DNA from: Candidatus Thalassarchaeaceae archaeon
Lineage (GTDB): Archaea; Thermoplasmatota; Poseidoniia; Poseidoniales; Thalassarchaeaceae
Length of the DNA stretch: 64,000 nt
Assembly (NCBI GenBank): GCA_045568235.1
Contig: JBJLBJ010000001.1
Coordinates: forward strand, 167 to 64,166
Direction of reading: 5' to 3'
In this document: one piece after another, positions 37,099 to 45,614 of the stretch
Layout: every line of letters starts with the position of its first letter
How positions within the stretch are numbered: position 1 is the stretch's first letter
Program-made: the position numbers and the translations under genes
Notes under the pieces: generated by a model
Told to the model about the DNA's origin: nothing
The model's database searches: none
The model's input: only the letters and a program-made list of their open reading frames with translations

Positions 37099-37660
37099 AT
37101 ATGGTTTTTTTTACTTCTGTTATAGGAACTATTTTGATAGTTCCCTCATTTACCAGAATTTCTTTAATTTTTGAAAAAATCGGATCATATGTATTATCAA
37201 GAGAATCATCAATCCAACTGCCCGATAAAGACCATGGTCGCAAATATCTCAATCTAGGGCTGGAAGGAGATATGGCCTGTGCAAGCGCATGAGATTGTAA
37301 TATTGAATTCAATGGACCTTGTTTACGGCCTCCATGCGCACCACTAAATCCATCAACTATTTTACTTGAGATAGCAAGGCAAGAACCATTATTTTCTAGA
37401 TTAGATCCTAAAAAGATATCTTTTTTTAAAATATTTATACAAGGGAAACTGTTTTTATTATCTTCAGAAAATGATCGGCGGTAAGGAATATTTTCATCCA
37501 ATAATGCGGCTTCAAGAGGAATTAATGCTAATGCGCCCTGTAAAGTAGGAGGTGCAAATAAAAATATTTTTTTCCTAGAATTTTTAATATGGGATGAAAA
37601 CTGTAGGAAAATATCAGAAACAGAAGCAAATAAATCGTCCTGAAGTAAATCATACATCAT
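37085..37660 (-). CDS. Hypothetical protein; probably the N-terminal part of a frameshift-split gene. A degenerate DHH/RecJ-like identity is only a weak guess.
   Basis: A 191-aa ORF directly downstream of rps15, a position where many Euryarchaeota encode a RecJ/DHH-family protein. The segment KKIFLFAPPTLQGALALIPLEAAL loosely resembles a DHH motif-I strand/helix without the acidic residues. Not verifiable here. Confidence 0.45.
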   Translation of the reverse strand: MMYDLLQDDLFASVSDIFLQFSSHIKNSRKKIFLFAPPTLQGALALIPLEAALLDENIPYRRSFSEDNKNSFPCINILKKDIFLGSNLENNGSCLAISSKIVDGFSGAHGGRKQGPLNSILQSHALAQAISPSSPRLRYLRPWSLSGSWIDDSLDNTYDPIFSKIKEILVNEGTIKIVPITEVKKTIYGKL

Positions 37661-37702
37661 AATAACGAAGGAGAAAAGGTAATTGAAAACTTCTATTAAA
37701 AA

Positions 37703-38158
37703 TTATTCTACCATTAGTCTTAATTGATCTCTTTTGTATGTCCATGAATCAGGAAGAGTTCCATTTTTCTTGTAATAACGAGATAATCGACGTATTTTTG
37801 ATTCACATAACGATAACTGTCTGCGATTGTGCAAATCTTTAGAATTATTATTCAAATGATCAATTATTCCCAGAGCCCGACGCATTAAATTCATCATGTC
37901 TTCAGGATATGTAGTAGTGATATCATTTTTTGAAAGAATTTTTGAAATTCTTTCTCCCATCACCAATCTTACATCAGGCACTGCATAGCGATCTCTTAAG
38001 ATAGTACCAATAGAAGCAGTAGAATTTCCAGCATTTGAAAGTTCGACTATTAACTTCTCTACTTCTTTCTTGTCGCTATTTGACCAAGCCGAAGGCGCAT
38101 TGGAATCAGGCTTCTTTGAGCCGCTACTTCCTTTACCATTGCTGTGCATACGTGCCAT
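37703..38158 (-). CDS. rps15: 30S ribosomal protein S15P/S13e
   Basis: MARMHSNGKGSSGSKKP... at the N-terminus and a C-terminal S15 fold (LHNRRQLSLCESKIRRLSRYYKKNG) are typical of archaeal S15P. Confidence 0.92.
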   Translation of the reverse strand: MARMHSNGKGSSGSKKPDSNAPSAWSNSDKKEVEKLIVELSNAGNSTASIGTILRDRYAVPDVRLVMGERISKILSKNDITTTYPEDMMNLMRRALGIIDHLNNNSKDLHNRRQLSLCESKIRRLSRYYKKNGTLPDSWTYKRDQLRLMVE

Positions 38159-38234
38159 TCATAACCACCTTGGATAAGCGTGCGACTAACCCTTCCTCTT
38201 TAATCGCTACGGATATAAATGCAGATAAAATACA

Positions 38235-39092
38235 TCAAAGACGGTGTTGTGCTTTACCTAATCTTCCTGGTCCATTTGGCCATTCCCATCCTGGTGCTTC
38301 AGCTCTTGCTGAACCAATTAGTTGATTATTTTGAAAGACTAGTACTTCATCTCCACGTCTAATTTCCCCACTTATATCGCTAACATTGGTAGAAAAAAGA
38401 TCTCCTTTCCAAGAATGATCTTGATATAAAAAAACTCTTGGAAGAGTATCATGTTTATCGAGAATTTTGAGACAGTATTTGGAAAATGCAAATCTACCAC
38501 TTCTGGGATTCCATTGGGCTAACTGTATCCCGTCTTTTTTTATGGTAAAAATTGGAGGGCGACCTTCAACTTTTGAACCCTCTAGCCATAAATCACTTCC
38601 ATGTTGGAATCTAGAAAGAGATTTGAGCTTCTCTAAGCGATGGATGTTTTCTTTTATTTTTGGTAATTTAAAGTCCTCCACAGCCTTATTAATCTCATCA
38701 TTAAGCATTGAAAGGGCTTCATTAGAACCAGCAGAAAAATCTTTCCTAGTATCAATAATTTCTACTTCACATTCACCAAAATCTACTCCAGAGTGATTAA
38801 TTATCCTCGAATAACCTACTCTACTGACTAAATTAAAAAACATTTCTTTTATTATTCTCAACTCATCTATATCCCATTCTCCTGTCACAGGAATATCATA
38901 ATTACTTGCAGGCCATATATCTTCTAGTTCCCTAGGAACAAGGCCCAATGGCGCAGTGACCATGACTTCGTGAACATCTCTTGAATTGATAGATTTGGAG
39001 AACCTTTGATGGCTCTGTGAAAGCCTGTAAGGCTTTGTTGCTGAACAAGGCAATAAGACTAGTACCGTCGTTTGAAGGAGGAGTATGATCAA
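38235..39092 (-). CDS. arcS: Archaeosine synthase ArcS (TgtA2), C-terminal fragment with PUA domain (frameshift-split)
   Basis: It contains PCSATKPYRLSQSH, which matches the PC-x3-KPY-x2-S-x2-H motif I recall as diagnostic for ArcS. The C-terminus is PUA-like (GEIRRGDEVLVFQNNQLIGSARAE). The only available start is TTG, and there is a stop a few codons upstream in this frame. Confidence 0.8.
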   Translation of the reverse strand: MIILLLQTTVLVLLPCSATKPYRLSQSHQRFSKSINSRDVHEVMVTAPLGLVPRELEDIWPASNYDIPVTGEWDIDELRIIKEMFFNLVSRVGYSRIINHSGVDFGECEVEIIDTRKDFSAGSNEALSMLNDEINKAVEDFKLPKIKENIHRLEKLKSLSRFQHGSDLWLEGSKVEGRPPIFTIKKDGIQLAQWNPRSGRFAFSKYCLKILDKHDTLPRVFLYQDHSWKGDLFSTNVSDISGEIRRGDEVLVFQNNQLIGSARAEAPGWEWPNGPGRLGKAQHRL

Positions 39093-40014
39093 AAGAAATT
39101 CTCTTGTGCCAATCTTGAATTAAAGGATCTGAGCGACTAGTAAAGGAGTTACAACGTAATCTAGCCTTATTTCCCAATATTCTTGAAAGTCCTGATCTTT
39201 TTCCCTGTTGATTACTGATTTTCTTATCATGAATTCTGAGCCTTTCAACAGATCTTGGGCTAGAAAGACTTTGTTTTTCTACTAATTCCCTTAGAGAACC
39301 ATCCCTTATTGCTGCCCTAGTCGCAGAAATTGATTTTCTCCACTCTTCACATTGAGCTTCCATATCTGCCACTTCATTCATAGAATCGTCCACTTCTCTA
39401 GGGCCTAAAGAAGTGAGAAGAATATTTAGAGAGGCTGCACTTCTAGAACGAGACAAATCAAACAAATCAACACCTAACCATGATAGGAGAGCGCAATTAT
39501 CTGGCCCACCAATGCCAGGAGTCCAAATTAGAGAAGAAGGGAATCTAATTCTTATAGAATCTAGAGCGTCAACTAGCATGCCTTGAGTCTGTACAAGTTG
39601 TGGAGAATCAACTAAAATAACTATAGAAGGTTCAATTTCATCATTAAGAAGAGATTTATCATGATGTAGTGATTGCCAAGAAACAAGCAATATTTCGCCA
39701 CCAATACTTAATTTACCCGAATTAGAATCTGCTAGGCTTGGAGGGAGAGTTAATCCTTCAACTGAAGACCATGTATCTGTAGAATCAAATGGATAACAAA
39801 ATTTGCCTCGTGTAGTAATGGAAATATTGGCAGGTAAAGATGTAGAGTCCCTGTATGAAATAAAGGGAGCTAATGAAATAGGGAGGGAGGGATCATCTTC
39901 ATTCAAAATAATAGCAGGAGTCCATGAAGTAGGCTTCTTTCTATCTCCTAGTGAAAAAATACGAGAAAAACGCATTCTAGAATCGACACCACGTGCCAAG
40001 GGGCGCGCCACCAT
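38932..40014 (-). CDS. arcS: Archaeosine synthase ArcS (TgtA2), N-terminal TGT-like fragment (frameshift-split)
   Basis: This is a TGT-like barrel remnant (LIWTPGIGGPDNCALLSWLGVDLFDLSRS). The last ~45 aa (GTSLIALFSNKALQAFTEPSKVLQIYQFKRCSRSHGHCAIGPCS) overlap the other fragment's coding frame and look like out-of-frame translation. Confidence 0.75.
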   Translation of the reverse strand: MVARPLARGVDSRMRFSRIFSLGDRKKPTSWTPAIILNEDDPSLPISLAPFISYRDSTSLPANISITTRGKFCYPFDSTDTWSSVEGLTLPPSLADSNSGKLSIGGEILLVSWQSLHHDKSLLNDEIEPSIVILVDSPQLVQTQGMLVDALDSIRIRFPSSLIWTPGIGGPDNCALLSWLGVDLFDLSRSRSAASLNILLTSLGPREVDDSMNEVADMEAQCEEWRKSISATRAAIRDGSLRELVEKQSLSSPRSVERLRIHDKKISNQQGKRSGLSRILGNKARLRCNSFTSRSDPLIQDWHKRISFDHTPPSNDGTSLIALFSNKALQAFTEPSKVLQIYQFKRCSRSHGHCAIGPCS

Positions 40015-40076
40015 ATTAACTACGAGTGATACATTTCGCTTGAAGGATTCTAATGTAAAGAGTCTTTCGATAAACC

Positions 40077-42176
40077 GTGGGAAGAGTAGCGGCGTGTGTT
40101 TTGACTATTATTTTAGCAATATCATACACTTTAATAGGAGTGAATGCCCAAAGTGATGAAAAGATAGAAATTTTTAGTTATTCAATAAATACGACTGGTC
40201 CTGTTTGGTTAGAATATAATTGTGAACAAACTGCATGTCAAGGAATGGAGTTAATTGTAAATAATAGTGGTTTAATTCATACAAGTTCAGATCCGCACAA
40301 AGTAGAATGGGAGGGGATAGTTGAAGGAAATATCTCATGGCAATTACTATTAGAAGAAGGTATTAGTAAAGAATTGATTAAATTTGACTCCATAATTAGT
40401 AATGAAATATGGAGTGAGAAGGGAGATTTGCCCGACATAGTACCTTCTCCGAGCCAACAAGAAGATTTCGAAGAGATAGAAACATTTTCACAGTGCCAAA
40501 TGAATCGTTGCCAATCAAATTATCTTGAGGCAGAAGGAGTTGTTTTTGCTGGCGCTTTAGAATCCCTTAATGATAAGGATGCAGTAAGGATAGTAGGAAA
40601 TGAAGGAGATGTGTTATTACTGCCAAATTTTAGATCTTCTAGTGAAATGGAAATAGAAATATGGATGAGGAATAATGAAATAAAGGAGCGAATAGAAAGC
40701 CTAAGTTCTGGACATGATACTGAATATTTTTTTGAATATCCAGAAGGTGAATTATGGCTAAGAGTGATTTCATCGGTTGAATCGGAATATTCTACATATG
40801 AATTTGAAATTGTTAGATATGATGCAAATAGAGAATCCTTAGACTTGAGAGAGTTGACAAATCCATGGACACATGGGGACGCCTTAGCGTTCAATGATAC
40901 TTATCATGGCCACATTGCTGCTTCAGATACAGAAGGCGATTCTGTCCTAATAGAACTAGGTTCTAAGATGTCTATAAAGCCCATTTGTCATTTTCCTAAT
41001 GATTTCATATTGGATATCATTATTCATGAAATAAATTCAATTGAAATAAAATATTTAGAAAATATAAGTTCGTGTCCTGAAATAATAAATTCGACATATT
41101 TAACAATCTCAATAGAGTTTAGAATAAAATCGAATTTTACACAACCATGGTCGATAAGAATAAACACTGATACTTACGGAGATGGAAAGAGTATGGGAGA
41201 TGCTCCTGATTTTATCTGGCAACCAGAAACAAGGGACGAACGTTGGGAATTAGTAGATCCAGGAATGGGAGAATATTCCGGAAGTTTAGGGATTCAGGAT
41301 TATATAGATATTTTTGCTTTTGAAGTTATTCATGAGAATGGTTCAAAGGTTTATTTCAATGATACTGAAGGAGAAGTAAGTTTCAAAATTTTAGTACTAA
41401 ATCAAACTAGTGGAGCTATCATTAATTCCACAGATCAGAGTTTAATAATTGCTCCACAAGGAATTCATGCAATTCGAATTGAAAAAAATAATAGTAGCTC
41501 GGAACTTATAAATTATCATTTCAGAGCACCAGAAATTAGAGAATATCAGATTGAGAATAGAGAATTAGAAGATTTATCAAGATTGTTTACCAACTTCTAT
41601 ATAATTGCTGGAGTAATGTTCCTAACGCCAATGATTATAGTTATTTGGTGGAATAGAAATACTATATTTAAGGGCGATAAAAATAGTATTCATATTGAGC
41701 AGCATGAATTAATAATGTTAAATAGATTAAAGGATAGGATAGTAAAAAAAATAGATAAAGAAATAATTCTTTCATCTTTACATCAACTTGGAGATAGCCC
41801 ATGGGATTCAGTTATACAAGAATGGGGCAAACCCACTCTCAGGCATATGACAGATAATCTAGAGATATGCCTATGGAAGATAAGTAATTTAGATATTTTA
41901 CTTGGAATTAAGATAAACCGGCACGCATGGAATTTGGCAGCAATTAGAATATATTCATCCGAGGGAGAATCGGTAAGAATAGATTCTATTGCTCCAGAAA
42001 AGATTTTTCAAGAAGATGAGATTTATTTGGATAGTATAAAACCCAAAAGTAATCTTTTCCTAAAGATTGGATTGAAAAATAAACCAACAAATATAAATTT
42101 TCAAATTTCTGGAATGGTAAATGGAGAACCTGTTGCAGCCGCTTCGAATAAAACGATAAATTGGGAAGAAGAATAG
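40077..42176 (+). CDS. Membrane-anchored hypothetical protein (699 aa): signal peptide, large ectodomain, one TM, and a ~150-aa cytoplasmic domain ending in WEEE
   Basis: GTG start, N-terminal hydrophobic segment (AACVLTIILAISYTLIGVNAQ) and TM helix FYIIAGVMFLTPMIIVIWW. The ectodomain has possible PPC-like beta-sandwich segments (weak). The C-terminus is NGEPVAAASNKTINWEEE. Confidence 0.75.
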   Translation: MGRVAACVLTIILAISYTLIGVNAQSDEKIEIFSYSINTTGPVWLEYNCEQTACQGMELIVNNSGLIHTSSDPHKVEWEGIVEGNISWQLLLEEGISKELIKFDSIISNEIWSEKGDLPDIVPSPSQQEDFEEIETFSQCQMNRCQSNYLEAEGVVFAGALESLNDKDAVRIVGNEGDVLLLPNFRSSSEMEIEIWMRNNEIKERIESLSSGHDTEYFFEYPEGELWLRVISSVESEYSTYEFEIVRYDANRESLDLRELTNPWTHGDALAFNDTYHGHIAASDTEGDSVLIELGSKMSIKPICHFPNDFILDIIIHEINSIEIKYLENISSCPEIINSTYLTISIEFRIKSNFTQPWSIRINTDTYGDGKSMGDAPDFIWQPETRDERWELVDPGMGEYSGSLGIQDYIDIFAFEVIHENGSKVYFNDTEGEVSFKILVLNQTSGAIINSTDQSLIIAPQGIHAIRIEKNNSSSELINYHFRAPEIREYQIENRELEDLSRLFTNFYIIAGVMFLTPMIIVIWWNRNTIFKGDKNSIHIEQHELIMLNRLKDRIVKKIDKEIILSSLHQLGDSPWDSVIQEWGKPTLRHMTDNLEICLWKISNLDILLGIKINRHAWNLAAIRIYSSEGESVRIDSIAPEKIFQEDEIYLDSIKPKSNLFLKIGLKNKPTNINFQISGMVNGEPVAAASNKTINWEEE

Positions 42177-43322
42177 TTATTTTCCTCTGCGATTTTTGGC
42201 TTCTTCAATAATACTATCTTCGAGAGATAGAGGATTACTAATATCAGATTTTAATTCTTTTAATTTATTTTTTAAAGTCCTAGAAATCTTTTTTGGGATA
42301 TCTAATTTCAACAACACTGTTACTGATCCTCTCCCTCTACTTGATCTCATGTGCGGCAAACCACGTCTTGGTAATGCTATTGTATCTCCGGGTTTAGAAT
42401 TTGGAGGTATTTTTATCTGGAGTGGTTTACCATCAATATGAGGTATTGTAACAGTAGTCCCCAATAACAAGTCTGCATAATTAACAGGTAACGCCATTAA
42501 AATATCTGCTCCATCTCTTTCAAACCACGGGTGATCTAAAACTTCTATCTCAATAAATAAGTTTCCATTTTCTCCAATGTTGCCCCGAGGAGGTTCTCCT
42601 TGACCGGAAATTTTTATTCTATTTCCTGATGCAATTCCAGGAGGGACAGAAAATTTTATTTTTTTATTTTGATAAGAGTTCCCAGCACCATTACAAGATT
42701 TACAAGGGTTAGTTACTATAGTTCCCGATGCATTACAAGATGGACAATCAGAAACTACTTGTTGTGCAAAGGGACCTACTCTTTCTATTCTTTGAACTCT
42801 CCCTCTGCCGTTACAAGATGGACAAGATCTGGTGCCATCAGGATCTTTGGAGCCACTACCATTACAATTATTACATGACGTTAGGGCTTCAATTTCTAGT
42901 TCATCATCGAGACCATCATATACAGATTGAAATGGAACTGTATGCCTAACAAGTAAATCTCCTCCTTTTTTTCTACGATTATTAGATCGGGAGCTACCAA
43001 AAATTTGACCAAAAATACTTTCAAAACCCCCTCCAAATAAATCATCAATATTAATATTGACGCCTTGGAAACCTCCTGGACCAAATGGAGAACCTCCGGG
43101 CCTATTGTGCCCATAGGCGTCATATTTTCGCCTTTCTTCTGGATTTGATAGAATAGCATATGCTTCTTGTATTTCCTTGAACTTATTCTCAGCACTGGGG
43201 TCATCAGGATTTTTATCTGGATGGAATTTTCTAGCAAGACTTCGGAATGCTTTTTTGATTTCGGATTCACTAGATTCCTTAGAAATACCAAGAATTTCAT
43301 AGTAGTCACGCTTATCTACCAT
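42177..43322 (-). CDS. dnaJ: Chaperone DnaJ (type I: J domain, G/F region, four CxxCxGxG zinc-finger repeats)
   Basis: DYYEILGISKESSESEIKKAFRSLARKFHPDKNP contains the HPD motif. The zinc-finger repeats are CNNCNGSG, CPSCNGRG, CPSCNASG and CKSCNGAG. The start is set at ATG 43322 (MVDKRDYYEILG) rather than the longer ORF start at 43421. Confidence 0.92.
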   Translation of the reverse strand: MVDKRDYYEILGISKESSESEIKKAFRSLARKFHPDKNPDDPSAENKFKEIQEAYAILSNPEERRKYDAYGHNRPGGSPFGPGGFQGVNINIDDLFGGGFESIFGQIFGSSRSNNRRKKGGDLLVRHTVPFQSVYDGLDDELEIEALTSCNNCNGSGSKDPDGTRSCPSCNGRGRVQRIERVGPFAQQVVSDCPSCNASGTIVTNPCKSCNGAGNSYQNKKIKFSVPPGIASGNRIKISGQGEPPRGNIGENGNLFIEIEVLDHPWFERDGADILMALPVNYADLLLGTTVTIPHIDGKPLQIKIPPNSKPGDTIALPRRGLPHMRSSRGRGSVTVLLKLDIPKKISRTLKNKLKELKSDISNPLSLEDSIIEEAKNRRGK

Positions 43323-43371
43323 ATAAATCCCAACCTTTCCTAAACACCGACTTTTTTCAACCGTTCCCTTT

Positions 43372-44100
43372 TCAAGAAAGATAATTACCACAAGCACCGC
43401 AATAATTTGTTTCCCCGTCATTCAACGAATGACAAGAATTACATGTCACTACTTTATTGATTCTCTTTAACCCTGATGCATTCCATTTATCATCAGACGA
43501 AATATCCAGTTCTGGATATGATTTTGGTTTGACATTCTTTTTACTTTTGTCCATCTCTTTTAATGCAGCATTATCAATAATCTTATCCAATATTGATTTG
43601 AATTTTGAAAATATAGGTGTTTTTATACTCTCATAATCCTTTTCTTCAATGATTTCTTTATCGGACAATATTTCTAGATTTCTTTCAATATCGTTTAAAG
43701 AATTATCATCAGATTTTTCATTATTGATATTTCCAATTTGTCCTTTCATTAACTTTTCAGATTTTAAAGCATTCTTACCTTTGAAATTACCCTTAGCTTT
43801 CAGTTCTAAATCTCTTATTATGGAATCGCTATCTTCCCATAATCCTTTATCCTCTAATTTATATGAACTCGAAAGTTTACGAATCGCTTTTGAGCGATGA
43901 TATTCATGATCTTCAATGATATTATATTTTAAAACCATCAAAAAACCCAAAAATAGTGAAAAACCATATGCAAGTAATTTTGACAATGTGTCATCCGAAA
44001 GTACTCCATCTAAAGCAGGCAAGATAGTTCTCAAAGCTGTTAGACAGAAAATTGGTGCCGACAAAAGAGCGAAGGACATCAAGGGTGAACGTTCTGCCAT
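43372..44100 (-). CDS. Membrane protein with a C-terminal zinc ribbon, immediately upstream of dnaJ
   Basis: It has two N-terminal hydrophobic helices, a charged middle region, and the C-terminus CNSCHSLNDGETNYCGACGNY. It is co-oriented with dnaJ, 49 nt apart. Confidence 0.65.
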   Translation of the reverse strand: MAERSPLMSFALLSAPIFCLTALRTILPALDGVLSDDTLSKLLAYGFSLFLGFLMVLKYNIIEDHEYHRSKAIRKLSSSYKLEDKGLWEDSDSIIRDLELKAKGNFKGKNALKSEKLMKGQIGNINNEKSDDNSLNDIERNLEILSDKEIIEEKDYESIKTPIFSKFKSILDKIIDNAALKEMDKSKKNVKPKSYPELDISSDDKWNASGLKRINKVVTCNSCHSLNDGETNYCGACGNYLS

Positions 44101-44171
44101 AGTCTTGCCTCATAATTTACGGTTTGAAGTATTCGCGTATATGTGGCATCGATAGATAGTAATATGGCCTA

Positions 44172-44714
44172 ATGCCTTCTGGTATTATTATGACATACAC
44201 CATAAAAGTCTCTACGAAAATTCAACCACATGAAGATGCAGAGAAAGTCATTTATTCTATAAATAATATTTTTCCAGATTGGAAACCTAATAAAATCCTA
44301 AAAAAAGAGCTTTTTCCTACTAAAAGAGAAACTATTGAAGTAAGTGGAAATTCTGATTCGATAGATGTTTTTATGCAATCTGTCACTTCTCAAAGGATAT
44401 TGGATACAGCTTTTGATGCAATGACTATGAATATCAATGTTAATAATACTAGTTTCTCAATATCTAGGCAAGCTGCAATAAAGGGTAAAGTATCATTTAT
44501 AATTGATGAAAAACCATTAGGAGGAATAATGGATATCGAAATAGAAAGAGAAAACTTAGAAATATGGCTTGAAGATGAAACTTGGCATCCCGGTAGAGAG
44601 GAAATTCCTAGACAAGTGAAAGATGATTTGGCTATGAATAGAAGAGGAGAACCAGTAGAGTGGTTTGATAAATATGGCAATCCAACTATTTCGACATCAT
44701 GGGAAGAAGAGTAA
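44172..44714 (+). CDS. Hypothetical cytoplasmic protein, possibly UPF0201/COG1931-like, with a C-terminal tail ending in WEEE
   Basis: TIKVSTKIQPHEDAEKVIYSINNIF resembles the v.a.v.PTED.eKV..a..n.f N-terminus I recall for UPF0201 proteins (weak). The C-terminus is RGEPVEWFDKYGNPTISTSWEEE. Confidence 0.5.
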   Translation: MPSGIIMTYTIKVSTKIQPHEDAEKVIYSINNIFPDWKPNKILKKELFPTKRETIEVSGNSDSIDVFMQSVTSQRILDTAFDAMTMNINVNNTSFSISRQAAIKGKVSFIIDEKPLGGIMDIEIERENLEIWLEDETWHPGREEIPRQVKDDLAMNRRGEPVEWFDKYGNPTISTSWEEE

Positions 44715-44775
44715 ATGACCCATTAGTATCTTTTTATTACGTTAAATTGATTGCTGAAGACACGTAGGCTTTGGT

Positions 44776-45108
44776 GTGGCAGAGGAATACGCAGTCACCG
44801 TTGAAACCGAAGATGAGGAAGTCAGTCGTCTAGGCGTATTAAGAGTGATATGGCATGAATTGAGCGGAGGAGTTGGTCCTTGGGGGGCTTTTAGGCCTAT
44901 TTTTTCCATACTTTTTTCATTAGTTCCCTTCGTTTATCTAGGGCAACATTTCAATGGCCACCATAACAAAGCATTTGGATGGACTCTAATACAATTGCCG
45001 TTGATATTAACTGTACTGCTTTGGCCAATACTATATATTTGGTCAATTATAGATTCATGGTGGTTTTCAAATAAAATAATTGCTTTAAAAAATATTTCTA
45101 AGAGTTAA
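44776..45108 (+). CDS. Small membrane protein (two predicted TM helices)
   Basis: A 110-aa ORF with a GTG start and the hydrophobic segments FRPIFSILFSLVPFVYLG and LPLILTVLLWPILYIWSII. Confidence 0.5.
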   Translation: MAEEYAVTVETEDEEVSRLGVLRVIWHELSGGVGPWGAFRPIFSILFSLVPFVYLGQHFNGHHNKAFGWTLIQLPLILTVLLWPILYIWSIIDSWWFSNKIIALKNISKS

Positions 45109-45578
45109 AAGTCTTCAGGTAATTCAATAGGGCTAAAAAGATGTCCTGGCTTAGTAGATTGGGATAATTGGTTACGAGTTATTGATTCCCAGTCTCTTAG
45201 TAGTGTAATAGCATTTATGAAAGGAAGTTCCGTAGAATTAATGACTGTTCTAATAATGGTATCGAAAATATCCATCCTATCTTTGTCAACGTTTTCCAAT
45301 ATAGTCTCCAATGGGAATGAGGAAATACTGGATGGCTGAGTGGAATCTTCTACTGGAAAAGGAGACATTATGGAATCCGGTATTGTCTCATTTTCTTTTT
45401 TTGCCTCGGATTCCAAAGATTTTGATAGAATTTTTATGTATTTAGATAGTACTAAAGAAACCTCCACCAATGGAAGATTATATTGATTAACAAAGTTAAC
45501 CATATTTTCTTGAAGGAATAATAATTTATCTTCAACCGGAGAGTTTACTTTCGGAACTCCGTGATTGGCTTCAGACAT
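45105..45578 (-). CDS. Hypothetical acidic protein
   Basis: A 157-aa ORF directly downstream of, and co-oriented with, the 1,902-aa gene. No recognisable motif. Confidence 0.5.
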   Translation of the reverse strand: MSEANHGVPKVNSPVEDKLLFLQENMVNFVNQYNLPLVEVSLVLSKYIKILSKSLESEAKKENETIPDSIMSPFPVEDSTQPSSISSFPLETILENVDKDRMDIFDTIIRTVINSTELPFINAITLLRDWESITRNQLSQSTKPGHLFSPIELPEDF

Positions 45579-45614
45579 AATCCTCCGACCACATATCTAC
45601 AAATTAACTAGACA

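Noticed and set aside
35708-38325. Antisense ORFs opposite guaC (35708..35950, 36091..36366, 36321..36530) and opposite rps15 (38035..38325)
   Set aside because: They overlap genes with unambiguous homology on the other strand.
40000-40014. GC-rich GGCGCGCC octamer at the arcS start in an otherwise AT-rich genome
   Set aside because: It is a single occurrence that encodes ordinary residues (MVARP) and has no repeated or structural context.
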